Positions 45,625 through 54,524 are shown, counted from the first letter of the stretch. The stretch is 64,000 nucleotides of DNA from Parcubacteria group bacterium (GCA_041664225.1 JBAYLE010000001.1:132939-196938), one strand, 5' to 3'. Notes: generated by a model not told the origin, from the sequence alone. Translations and numbers: made by a program.

Positions 45625-47220
45625 TTATTGCTGGGCTGGCGGCGGGAAAAGTCCCAGAAAACCGCCTGGCTCCGGAAAGGTGATGGAATAGATGTCGGAG
45701 GCGTTTTTTTCTGAGTCAGTGAAAAATAGGCGTTCCAGATAATTGTTATAAACTATTGAGGGTGATGCCGTATTGGTCTTTAGAAGATCCATGGAAACCC
45801 TGTGATCGCGCGCGTCTAACTCGATAATTTTTGTGTATTGACCGGTGTTGAAAATAACATGCTCATAATCCTTGAACCATTGCACGTTTCTTATTTGATC
45901 TGAATAACGAGTAATGTCCTGAACTTCATTTTCAAATCTTTCCGGTTGGACGCTCCACTGGCGTAGGAAATAAGTGGAGATTCCATTGTCAGTCCAGAAA
46001 AGCAGTTTTTTTCCATCATTGGAAAACTGCATGCCGGAAACGTTGCTGCCAAGTTTCCTAAAATAAGTGTTCAGATCTCCGCGATTAAAAATATAGAGAT
46101 TTTTATTGGTATTTAGAAACGCGATGCGCATGTCGTCAAAAACAATTAGCTTGTTGTTGGGCGAGCTCAACTCTTCTGGAAAATTATTAGTAATTTGCGT
46201 GAGGCCGGACTTGCCGTCTAAATTGGTTCGAAAAACTAGCTCAGTCGGCATCTGGGTGTAATAAATGCCGGTTTTAGATATGTCAAAGCTCGAAACATTG
46301 TCAGCAATCCTTGTTGGGTCAGTCTGGTCGTTAATATTGGCTCTATAGAGCGAATATTCGCTTAAAAAGAAGAGATAATTTTTATCCCGCGGATCCCAAC
46401 GTACATTTTTCAGGTCGTTTTTGTTTACGATATCGTTGAGATTAAGAATATTCTTGTTGTCAGGATTGCCGATAAAATAAGCGTTTTCAGTTTTTGTTTC
46501 CGTTGCTGGGGCACTATCTTTTGCTGTTGTAATTTTTTCAGACGCTACTTTTTCTGGTGTGGCGGCAAGTGTTCTTTTCAGTGGAATTGAAATGTAGTCA
46601 CCATTGGGCGACCACTCTATATTTTCCTCACGGGAATCATCCGTAAATTGCCAGCCTGGAAAAGAAAAGGCGCTAGAAATAGTCTTGTCATTGATGCTGA
46701 TAATCTTGATCGTCGAACCTGAATCATCTGATTTTACAAACGCTATAAAGTCGTTTTTGGGAGAAATAAAAAATTTATCAATTCCGCCGGTGGCATAAGG
46801 CGTATGACTATAGTTATTTTTGACCAAAAGTATGTTCCAAAATTCGGTGGATATGCCGCTGTGGACTTCGGTGTTTTTGCGCCAGGTCTGAAAGCCGTCG
46901 GCGGAAACAGTCAAATCATAACTTTTAGGAAGCAACCCTGTGATATTATTGGAACTGTTGATCCTGTCTGTCTGTTTTGAGGGCTCAGGTTCTCCATCGA
47001 TATACACATTAAAGTTTTGCGGATTAGTTTTCAGTGTGATGGTTCCGCTATGCACAAAAACGCCGTGCTGAAAATCAAAACGGTATCCCCATGCGTTCAT
47101 AACGATAATGGGCGCTACTACTAAGAATATCGCCACTAAACTCCAAAAAAATATCTTTCTCTTAAGCTTTTCCATGAGTTTTCTGGTAATTATAAACCAA
47201 TGCGAACATACGAATATCAA
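45625..47220 (-). CDS. membrane-anchored PEGA-domain protein with beta-propeller-like (TolB/WD40-like) repeats
   Basis: N-terminal TM, a PEGA-like segment (TLKTNPQNFNVYIDGEP...DLTVSADGFQTWRK), then a long beta-rich repeat region. Confidence 0.5.
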   Translation of the reverse strand: MIFVCSHWFIITRKLMEKLKRKIFFWSLVAIFLVVAPIIVMNAWGYRFDFQHGVFVHSGTITLKTNPQNFNVYIDGEPEPSKQTDRINSSNNITGLLPKSYDLTVSADGFQTWRKNTEVHSGISTEFWNILLVKNNYSHTPYATGGIDKFFISPKNDFIAFVKSDDSGSTIKIISINDKTISSAFSFPGWQFTDDSREENIEWSPNGDYISIPLKRTLAATPEKVASEKITTAKDSAPATETKTENAYFIGNPDNKNILNLNDIVNKNDLKNVRWDPRDKNYLFFLSEYSLYRANINDQTDPTRIADNVSSFDISKTGIYYTQMPTELVFRTNLDGKSGLTQITNNFPEELSSPNNKLIVFDDMRIAFLNTNKNLYIFNRGDLNTYFRKLGSNVSGMQFSNDGKKLLFWTDNGISTYFLRQWSVQPERFENEVQDITRYSDQIRNVQWFKDYEHVIFNTGQYTKIIELDARDHRVSMDLLKTNTASPSIVYNNYLERLFFTDSEKNASDIYSITFPEPGGFLGLFPPPAQQ

Positions 47221-47276
47221 TTTGTATTCTAGCTTTTTTGGGGCTTTTTGTCCAGTCCAAAATGCACAGTCTAAAT

Positions 47277-47305
47277 GTTGACATTCAGATGATAATGAGA
47301 TATAC
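47277..47305 (+). promoter_or_regulatory. sigma-70 promoter for rplU
   Basis: TTGACA - 17 nt - TATACT, about 30 nt upstream of rplU (coordinates +/-1). Confidence 0.5.
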
Positions 47306-47334
47306 TATTTTATGTAACTATTAGATGATTTATT

Positions 47335-47643
47335 ATGTTGGCGATTATCAAAACTGGCGGAAAACAGTATAAAGTAAAAGAAGGGGACAAAATTAGAGTA
47401 GAAAAAATTGAGGGTGAGGAGGGAAGCAAAATCACCTTTGATGAAGTGTTGTTTTTGGGTGATGAAAAAGAAGTCAAGGTCGGAACTCCAGTGGTTAAGG
47501 GCGCCAAAGTTGAAGGCAAAATCTTGAAAACCTCAAAACAAAAGAAAGTGACCGGTATTAAGTATAAGGCCAAAAAAAGATATAAGGTCAAATTTGGTCA
47601 CAGGCAGACGATGACAGAAGTGGAGATTACCAAGATCGCGTAA
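47335..47643 (+). CDS. rplU: 50S ribosomal protein L21
   Basis: MLAIIKTGGKQYKVKEGDKIRVEKI... Confidence 0.95.
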   Translation: MLAIIKTGGKQYKVKEGDKIRVEKIEGEEGSKITFDEVLFLGDEKEVKVGTPVVKGAKVEGKILKTSKQKKVTGIKYKAKKRYKVKFGHRQTMTEVEITKIA

Positions 47644-47666
47644 TATTTAGAAAAAAGAATTATTTG

Positions 47667-47692
47667 AAAAGCACCCAGGAGGTGCTTTTTTT
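47667..47692 (+). terminator. Rho-independent terminator after rplU
   Basis: gcacc-cagga-ggtgc followed by ttttttt. Confidence 0.65.
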
Positions 47693-47694
47693 GG

Positions 47695-47726
47695 ATAAAA
47701 AAGCCGGAGGTTGGATGTCCCTCCGG
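47695..47726 (-). terminator. Rho-independent terminator for the 47740..48045 gene (minus strand)
   Basis: ccggagg...cctccgg hairpin followed on the minus strand by cttttttatcc. Confidence 0.5.
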
Positions 47727-47739
47727 ACTTGTGACTGTC

Positions 47740-48045
47740 TTATATCCCGATACTGTCTAGGATATATTTTTTTGTGAAGATGGAATCTTTAGGGAGCGCT
47801 TTCCCTTTTCTCCCTGTTGGCATGGGATCCAGGCCAGTCACACCTCTTTTTAAAGCTCTGGCTAACTGTGGCTGGCTATCCTGTACTGGTCCGAAAAGAT
47901 CATCATAAAGTCTTTCTGCAGCATTATGCACCTCTTCATATTCCCCGAATCCTATATGATCCGGATTACCGTCCCATGGGTGTATCCTCCTTAAGCAGTC
48001 TTCCGCGGTGGGTTCTTTCACTTTCTTTTTCTTAGTATCTGCCAT
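47740..48045 (-). CDS. hypothetical protein (101 aa)
   Basis: MADTKKKKVKEPTAEDCLRRIHPWDGNPDHIGFGEYEE...; it has its own terminator. Confidence 0.4.
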   Translation of the reverse strand: MADTKKKKVKEPTAEDCLRRIHPWDGNPDHIGFGEYEEVHNAAERLYDDLFGPVQDSQPQLARALKRGVTGLDPMPTGRKGKALPKDSIFTKKYILDSIGI

Positions 48046-48145
48046 TTTTGGCCCTCCCTCAAGAATTTATTATGGACAAGGCAAAATATTCTAAAAATTA
48101 AAACACTCAACCTTGATCAGAATTGTATTTTTAATGAACTGTCTA

Positions 48146-48739
48146 TTATACCAGTTCTCGGCGATTTGTCAAGGCCGCGGAAAGGGTGGCTTCGTCAGCG
48201 TATTCGATGTCGCCGCCGGTGGCCAAGCCCTTGGCTAGGCGGGATATTTTGATTGGTACGTTTAAATCTTTGATTTGTCGCTTTAAATAGAGCGCAGTCG
48301 CGTCGCCTTCAGTGGTCGGATTGGTAGCTAGAATTATTTCTTCGGTTTTTTCCTTTTGTATTCTATCCATCAGTTCAGAAATTTTCAAATTCTGACTGTC
48401 GGTTCCGGAAAAAATTACTCCGCCCAGCACATGGTATAGTCCTTTGTAAACCCCGGTCTTTTCGATCGAGATTATATCCAGGGGCTCTTCGACGACGCAG
48501 ATAGTTTTTTGGTCGCGATTTGAATTTTTGCAGATTTCGCAAAGACCGTCTTCAGAAATATTAAAACATCTCCGGCAGCTTTTGAGATTTTTCAGTTCCT
48601 CCAGGTTTTTGGCAAATTCTTCTAGCTTGCCATTGTCTTGTTTGAATAAAAACAAAACCAACCGTTCGGCCATCTTGGGGCCGACGGAAGGGAGGGATGA
48701 AAAGTTTTCTATCAGTTTTTTGAAAGATTTTGGGTACAT
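48146..48739 (-). CDS. recR: recombination protein RecR
   Basis: HhH LPSVGPKMAERL, the C4 zinc finger CRRCFNISEDGLCEIC and a Toprim domain. Confidence 0.9.
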   Translation of the reverse strand: MYPKSFKKLIENFSSLPSVGPKMAERLVLFLFKQDNGKLEEFAKNLEELKNLKSCRRCFNISEDGLCEICKNSNRDQKTICVVEEPLDIISIEKTGVYKGLYHVLGGVIFSGTDSQNLKISELMDRIQKEKTEEIILATNPTTEGDATALYLKRQIKDLNVPIKISRLAKGLATGGDIEYADEATLSAALTNRRELV

Positions 48740-48742
48740 AGT

Positions 48743-50104
48743 TTAATCGGTGTGCGCTCGCTCGAGCGATTTGAAAGTGGTTGAGTTCTCATTGAAGTAT
48801 ACCGAAATTTTACCAACCGGTCCATTTCTGTGTTTGGCGATAATAATGTCTACGATATTTTTGTTTGGAGTATCGGGTTTTTCGCGGTCTTCACGATAGA
48901 GGAACATCACGATGTCTGCATCTTGTTCGATTGATCCTGATTCGCGCAGATCGGAAAGTTTTGGAATTTGCGGGCTCCTGGATTCAACGGCGCGGGACAA
49001 CTGGGAAAGGGCGATAATCGGAATATTTAACTCGCGCGCCAGCTGTTTCAACGACCGGGAAATTTCGGAAATTTCGTTGACGCGATTGTCGCCACTACCA
49101 CCGCGTCCCTCCATAAGTTGTAGATAATCGACAATAATCAATCCGACATTGTGTTCGGCTTGCAGGCGCCGCGCCATGGTGCGCATTTCCATAACATTAG
49201 CACTGCCGGCGTCATCGATGAAAATCGGAGCTTCTGAAAGGACTCCCATCGCGTCGCCGATCCTTTGAAAATCATCATCGCCGTCGCCTGATTTGAGTCT
49301 CCCGGTGCGCAAGCGCCACAAGTCCACGCCGGATTCGGCTGCGAGCATCCTGTCGATCAACTGGTCGGAGGACATTTCCAACGAGAATATGCCTACCGGA
49401 ATTTTTTGTTGAGTGGCAATTTGACGGGCGAGGTCCAAGGCCAGCGTGGTTTTACCGATGGAAGGGCGCGCCGCCAGAATTACTAAATCCGATTTTTGAA
49501 AACCGGCCAGAATATTATCCAGATCGGGAAAGCCGGTCGGAATGCCGCGCAATTTATGGTCGCCCTTATGCAGTTCATCGATACGGTTAAAAGCAGCTTC
49601 CAAAATTGATTTTATCGGTACAAAATCCTGCTTGATATATTTTTGTGAAACTCCAAACAATCGCTGTTCAGCTTTATCCAGGATTTTTTCCACATCTTCC
49701 GATTCATTGTAGCCAAGCTCTACGATCTCGCTGGCGGCTTCGATCAATTTACGCAGTGTTGATTTTTTCTGGACTACCTTGGCGTAATGGACGATGTTGG
49801 AAGAAGAAGGAATGGTGTTGACCAAGGAAGTCAAATAGCTTGATCCGCCGATTTTTTCCAATTGTTTTTTTTCTTCCAATCGGTTGGAAAGTGAAAGAAC
49901 GTCGATCGGTTCGCGCTGTTCGTACAATTCCACCATCGCTTCGTAGATCATATTATGGTCGTCTTTGTAAAAATCGCCGATGCGGATCAAATTCGCGATT
50001 TTGATAATGGCGTCTTTGTCCAACATCAAAGCGCCCAGGACGGATCGTTCAGCGTCGATGTTTTGCGGCGGGACTTTTATATTGTCGACTTCGCTTTTGG
50101 CCAT
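48743..50104 (-). CDS. dnaB: replicative DNA helicase
   Basis: GIPTGFPDLD and Walker A ARPSIGKTT, in a RecA-like DnaB C-domain. Confidence 0.92.
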   Translation of the reverse strand: MAKSEVDNIKVPPQNIDAERSVLGALMLDKDAIIKIANLIRIGDFYKDDHNMIYEAMVELYEQREPIDVLSLSNRLEEKKQLEKIGGSSYLTSLVNTIPSSSNIVHYAKVVQKKSTLRKLIEAASEIVELGYNESEDVEKILDKAEQRLFGVSQKYIKQDFVPIKSILEAAFNRIDELHKGDHKLRGIPTGFPDLDNILAGFQKSDLVILAARPSIGKTTLALDLARQIATQQKIPVGIFSLEMSSDQLIDRMLAAESGVDLWRLRTGRLKSGDGDDDFQRIGDAMGVLSEAPIFIDDAGSANVMEMRTMARRLQAEHNVGLIIVDYLQLMEGRGGSGDNRVNEISEISRSLKQLARELNIPIIALSQLSRAVESRSPQIPKLSDLRESGSIEQDADIVMFLYREDREKPDTPNKNIVDIIIAKHRNGPVGKISVYFNENSTTFKSLERAHTD

Positions 50105-50184
50105 ATTAGTTTATTAATTATATCAGCTTCAAAATCAAAATCAACATGGAGTAAGACCCAATTTATGCAGGGCTTGTGAACATA

Positions 50185-50213
50185 TTGACATAAAACTTTA
50201 AATATGCTATTAT
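50185..50213 (+). promoter_or_regulatory. consensus-like sigma-70 promoter (TTGACA-17-TATTAT) with a ~130-nt structured leader
   Basis: Perfect -35 TTGACA, 17-nt spacer, -10 TATTAT. Several small hairpins lie between the -10 and the ATG at 50348. Confidence 0.6.
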
Positions 50214-50347
50214 CAGCCGTTGCATATGCGCCCTTAGGCGTGTAGCAAAACCCATTAGAACAAGGGGGTAAAACTTGTTTAGGATGCCTGCTTCGCAGCT
50301 TCCGCAGTTCTTAAGATCTGGCGTCGCCAGAGAAGGAGGAATTAATT

Positions 50348-51148
50348 ATGTTGCCAAAGGATTATTTATTGGAAGTAAAAGGAAAAAATCAAGTTACTCT
50401 GGAGGCAAGAAGTACGGCTCTAATTGCTCTTATTGCCATTACTCCCAATGTAAGGTCAAGCGTTCCAGCTGACAGAACAGGAAATGGTTTTGTGTATGTG
50501 CCCTCAATAAGTTTTTTTGTGGAAGAGGGAAAAAGAGGACTGATCGCTCTTCGAGCGAATCCGGACAAAGGCAGTTCCATAGACATGATTGTTTCTATTG
50601 AAAACGATTGGGCGGAAACGAGCGTGGACATCGGTCACCACTGGAAACCATCGTTAGATAGGATTGGGCAAGCAGCAAATTCAGGAATTGTGGTAAATAT
50701 TGATGGTATTTTCTATACGTCAGATATTTATTACACAAAGAAAGATAAAAGGATTGTCAATAACGCAAACCTTCTTCTGACTTATCTTAACAAGGAAGTT
50801 CCTGCACAAGCCATCATTGATGTGGCCTGTGACGAAGTCCGCGAATCCGATGCTCTTACCGAAGCGGCGGAGCTGCGGAAGAAAGTCGAAAAATCGGAAA
50901 AGCGGATTCAGAAATTAAACAAGTCACAAGAGGAACTGTGGAGTGAATTATTAAAGAGAGGAGAATTAGTTTCAACTACAGAAAAGGGCCTTAAGGAAGC
51001 TCTTGAAAAGATCGAGAAACTTCGGGCAAGCAGGCTCAAGTTCGATGAGATCATCAATGGGTTACTCGATCCGCATAAAAACAAGCCATGGTGGACAAAG
51101 AGGCTTGGAGAAATCGGAGATATCAGAGAAAAAGAATTTCTTATTTAG
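50348..51148 (+). CDS. hypothetical protein (266 aa; N-terminal beta-rich domain, C-terminal coiled coil)
   Basis: No recognisable family. Strong promoter and RBS GAAGGAGG. Confidence 0.5.
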   Translation: MLPKDYLLEVKGKNQVTLEARSTALIALIAITPNVRSSVPADRTGNGFVYVPSISFFVEEGKRGLIALRANPDKGSSIDMIVSIENDWAETSVDIGHHWKPSLDRIGQAANSGIVVNIDGIFYTSDIYYTKKDKRIVNNANLLLTYLNKEVPAQAIIDVACDEVRESDALTEAAELRKKVEKSEKRIQKLNKSQEELWSELLKRGELVSTTEKGLKEALEKIEKLRASRLKFDEIINGLLDPHKNKPWWTKRLGEIGDIREKEFLI

Positions 51149-51227
51149 CGAAATTTATAGCAGGTTCGCAGCCGCGAACCTGCTCTCCCCCAAAGAAAGG
51201 AGGAATTCAATGAAAATTCCCAAATAA

Positions 51228-51268
51228 GACCCTTTGCGCGTAATGCGGAAGGGTCCTTTTATTTTTTT
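51228..51268 (+). terminator. Rho-independent terminator (plus strand)
   Basis: gaccctt...aagggtc hairpin followed by cttttattttttt. Confidence 0.45.
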
Positions 51269-51285
51269 AAATATAAACATACATG

Positions 51286-51327
51286 GGCACAAAACAAAAT
51301 ACTACCATTCAAGGTTGAATGGTAGTA
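51286..51327 (-). terminator. Rho-independent terminator for dus (minus strand)
   Basis: 12-bp hairpin actaccattcaa-ggt-ttgaatggtagt followed on the minus strand by attttgttttg. Confidence 0.5.
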
Positions 51328-51342
51328 TACGAGAATACGAAG

Positions 51343-52293
51343 TTAGTAATTTTTTAGAATACTTTTTATTTCAGCAACGCTTTTGGCTTGGACCAGCTGG
51401 CGGCGGAGGTCGGAAGCGCCGGGGAAGCCTTTGATGCCCCAGGCCAGATGCTTTCTGATTTCAAACATTCCTAAATATTTCTTGTCTTTCCAAATCAATT
51501 CAGCATGTTTGATGAGTACTTTTTTAATTTTTTTAAAATCATACTCGGTATATTTTCCAGATTTTATAAGTTCTTTAATTTGCGCAAATATATATGGTCT
51601 ACCCCAAGCTCCGCGGGCGATGCCGAGGCCGTCGAGCAGGGGATACTCCTTTAATATTTTTACTGCTTCTTCTGGCGTGTTGATTCCACCATTAGCCAGA
51701 ACAATTTTATCCGGAATAATCTTTTTTATTTTTTCTACTATTTTAAAATCAACTTCGCCGTGGAAACTGCCTTCATAAGTTCGGCCATGCACCATCACGG
51801 CGGAAAAGAGGAGATCTTTGACATCTTCAATAAAATCAAGAGCAGTGTGTTTTTTAATGCCGGCACGGATTTTGAGGGAAACTGGCAGATCGGTATTTTC
51901 GCAAACGGCCATGATAATTTTTCTGGCCAATTCTTTTTGTGGCATCAGGGCGCAGCCGGAACCGTGGCCAAAAACCTTTTTGTCTGGACAGCCGAAATTT
52001 ATATCGATGCCGTCCGGTTTTATTTTTTGAGTTATGATTTGTGTGGCTTTGGCGAAATGAGCTGGCTCTTTGCCGAAAAGCTGAATGACGTAGGGCCGTT
52101 CTATTTTTTTAAATCTCACTAACCTCAAGGTTTTTTGCGGCTTGAAAAAAAGCGCTGAGACGCTGGCCATTTCGCTGTAAACAACATCTGCTCCATGTTC
52201 TTTGCAGATCTGCCGGAAAGCGCTGTCGGTGATGCCGGCCATGGGTGCCAGAGCTAAAATCGGTCTGGGTAATTTTTTCCAAAAGTTTTTCAT
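51343..52293 (-). CDS. dus: tRNA-dihydrouridine synthase
   Basis: ALAPMAGITD, DINFGCP and the catalytic Cys region. The start is set at MKNFWKK (52293); the longer track ORF runs into the repeat element. Confidence 0.85.
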   Translation of the reverse strand: MKNFWKKLPRPILALAPMAGITDSAFRQICKEHGADVVYSEMASVSALFFKPQKTLRLVRFKKIERPYVIQLFGKEPAHFAKATQIITQKIKPDGIDINFGCPDKKVFGHGSGCALMPQKELARKIIMAVCENTDLPVSLKIRAGIKKHTALDFIEDVKDLLFSAVMVHGRTYEGSFHGEVDFKIVEKIKKIIPDKIVLANGGINTPEEAVKILKEYPLLDGLGIARGAWGRPYIFAQIKELIKSGKYTEYDFKKIKKVLIKHAELIWKDKKYLGMFEIRKHLAWGIKGFPGASDLRRQLVQAKSVAEIKSILKNY

Positions 52294-52299
52294 GTTTTT

Positions 52300-52519
52300 G
52301 TTTCCACTTTCTTTTGGCAGCAAAAGAAAGTGGAGAAAGAAAACTGCCGGCACAGGCTCGTGCTGGCTGAATTTATAATCTGGCTCGCTAAAATTTATAC
52401 GCTCGCGGCGAGCTATGATAAATTTCTTAACGCTCGCCAGCTTGAAATTCAGAAACGCACTTCGCTATGTGCGGAGATATTTTATTATTGAAAAAAGACG
52501 CATATTTCACATGCTCGAG
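52300..52519. repeat. copy B of the ~220-bp structured repeat family
   Basis: ~90% identical to 19728-19947 in the same orientation. It starts ~7 nt upstream of the dus start codon on the opposite strand. Confidence 0.6.
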
Positions 52520-52546
52520 TAATTTTTTGAAATTTGATATTCAAGG

Positions 52547-52714
52547 TTACTCCGATATTTTGATGTCTCCCTCCGGGGTTTCTTCAACTTTGTATCCTAA
52601 CGCTTCTATTTCTTTTTCCAGGTCTTTTACCTTGTCTTCAGGAGTTTTTTCTCCGTCAGCCGGCGGGTTATTGTCATCGCAAGCGCAATGTCCGCATCCG
52701 CATGAATGTCCCAT
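52547..52714 (-). CDS. possible small Cys-rich protein (55 aa, not in ORF track)
   Basis: MGHSCGCGHCACDDNNPPADGEKTPEDKVKDLEKEIEALGYKVEETPEGDIKISE. It sits ~20 nt downstream of cysS on the same strand. Confidence 0.3.
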   Translation of the reverse strand: MGHSCGCGHCACDDNNPPADGEKTPEDKVKDLEKEIEALGYKVEETPEGDIKISE

Positions 52715-52733
52715 ATTTTTATTTCTTCCCGCC

Positions 52734-54158
52734 TTAGCGGGCAGGTTTGATTAAATAATTATTATCCTTCAAGTCCTCGATAGTGTATCCCAGTTCGGCG
52801 ATTTTGTCACGCAAATCATCGGAAGCCTTGAAATCTTTTTGAACGCGTGCCGTCTTTCTTTCCTCAGCCAAAGCCTTTATATTTTCTGGAATCGCAGATG
52901 TCTCGGGCAATATTAACCCGAAAACTTTATTTATTTTTTTCCAGAGCGCAAGGATATTTTTTACTTCTGCCACGTCCAGCTTATTCTCTGCCAAAAACTT
53001 ATTGGTTTCTGTGATTAATTCGTACAAAACACTTAAGGCCAATGGCGTGTTAAGATCATCGTCCATTGCTTTTTCAAAGCTCTCTTGATATTTTTTGATA
53101 TCGATTTTTTCTACTTCCGCAGCAACTTTTATTGTCTTGAGACTATTAACAAAATCCGAAATACGTATAAGATTAGATTGAGCTTGTTCCATTATTTCCC
53201 AAGTAAAATTCATCTGACTTCGGTAATGCGAAGATAAGACAGCTAGACGCAGAATTGTCGGAGCATATCCTTTTTCTTTTATATTTTCCAAGGTATAAAA
53301 ATTGCCTTTGGATTTTGCCATTTTTTCGCCGTCGACCAAAAGATGCCGACAGTGAATCCAGTAATTTACAAATTTTTTTCCAGTGGCGCATTCAGTTTGA
53401 GCGATTTCTGCTTCATGATGGGGAAAAATATTATCCTCTCCACCGGTGTGAATATCAATCGTATCGCCCAGATATTCAGTACTCATGGCGCTACATTCTA
53501 TGTGCCAGCCGGGATAACCCAAAGACCAGGGAGATTCCCACTTGAGAAGGTGCTTTTCAGGAGCTTTGAGCCAAAGCGCGAAATCCCAGGGGTTCTTTTT
53601 ATCTGGATGCTCTTCGAGACGCGCGCCAACTTTTAAATTTTCCAAAGTATTGCCGGAAAGTTTGCCGTAATCAGGAAAAGACGTAACATCAAAAAAAACA
53701 TTACCATTTTTTTCATAAGCGCAGCCTTTTTGAATCAGCGTACTGATTATTTTTATCATTTGCGGGATGTGAGCAGTGGCGCGCGGAAAAAAATGCGCCG
53801 GTAGGATATTCATTTCATCTTCTGTGCTATGGAAGTATTCCTCGTAAAATTTTGCGATTTCCGCCGGTGTCTTTTTTTCGGTCAGGGATTTTTTGAGAAA
53901 TTTATCTTCGCCAGAATCCCCCTGGCCAATAGTATCTTCAGTCAAGTGTCCAACATCAGTAATGTTTTTTATCATGCGCACTTCATATCCAAGATATTCC
54001 AAGTAACGTCGAGCGGTGTCAGACATCAGATAGGAGCGGATATTTCCAATATGAATGAAATCATAAACTGTCGGCCCACAAACATACATCCCGACCTTGC
54101 CGGGATTGATCGGTTTAAATTCTTCTTTGGATTTGGTTAAGGTGTTATAAATCTTCAT
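52734..54158 (-). CDS. cysS: cysteine--tRNA ligase
   Basis: HIGN (HIGH-class) and KMAKSKGN (KMSKS) motifs; Zn-binding Cys residues. Confidence 0.95.
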   Translation of the reverse strand: MKIYNTLTKSKEEFKPINPGKVGMYVCGPTVYDFIHIGNIRSYLMSDTARRYLEYLGYEVRMIKNITDVGHLTEDTIGQGDSGEDKFLKKSLTEKKTPAEIAKFYEEYFHSTEDEMNILPAHFFPRATAHIPQMIKIISTLIQKGCAYEKNGNVFFDVTSFPDYGKLSGNTLENLKVGARLEEHPDKKNPWDFALWLKAPEKHLLKWESPWSLGYPGWHIECSAMSTEYLGDTIDIHTGGEDNIFPHHEAEIAQTECATGKKFVNYWIHCRHLLVDGEKMAKSKGNFYTLENIKEKGYAPTILRLAVLSSHYRSQMNFTWEIMEQAQSNLIRISDFVNSLKTIKVAAEVEKIDIKKYQESFEKAMDDDLNTPLALSVLYELITETNKFLAENKLDVAEVKNILALWKKINKVFGLILPETSAIPENIKALAEERKTARVQKDFKASDDLRDKIAELGYTIEDLKDNNYLIKPAR

Positions 54159-54520
54159 GAATTAATTTTTTTCTGGATAAATATGCCAAAAAACAGGCCC
54201 ATGATAAATCCTATAAAAGTTACATAAAGTAATCCAAATCCCCACATGTCCCCGATAAATTCATTATTTTTCAAATCAATATATAGCCAAAACGAGTTAA
54301 TACTCAGCCCAATCAAGGCGAAAAGAGACATGCACTCTATTATTATAAACACAGGATTGTTGTTTTTTCTCCTACTAATTAAATATAAATAGAAAAATAA
54401 AAACAGAGGCATTATCACTGTGTATCCTCTGAATGAATCAATTAAAAAAAAGTCGATGTAAAAACCCAAAGAAAAAGTTATAATTATTGTAAATTTAAAT
54501 CTCATTATAACATCCAGCAT
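54155..54520 (-). CDS. hypothetical small membrane protein
   Basis: 121 aa, 3-4 hydrophobic helices. Its stop overlaps the cysS start. Confidence 0.4.
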   Translation of the reverse strand: MLDVIMRFKFTIIITFSLGFYIDFFLIDSFRGYTVIMPLFLFFYLYLISRRKNNNPVFIIIECMSLFALIGLSINSFWLYIDLKNNEFIGDMWGFGLLYVTFIGFIMGLFFGIFIQKKINS

Positions 54521-54524
54521 AGAT

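Noticed and set aside
51343-52353. N-terminally extended dus ORF (start 52353)
   Set aside because: The extension (MPAVFFLHFLLLPKESGNKN) would be translated from the complement of the structured repeat. The internal Met at 52293 (MKNFWKK) gives a typical Dus N-terminus.
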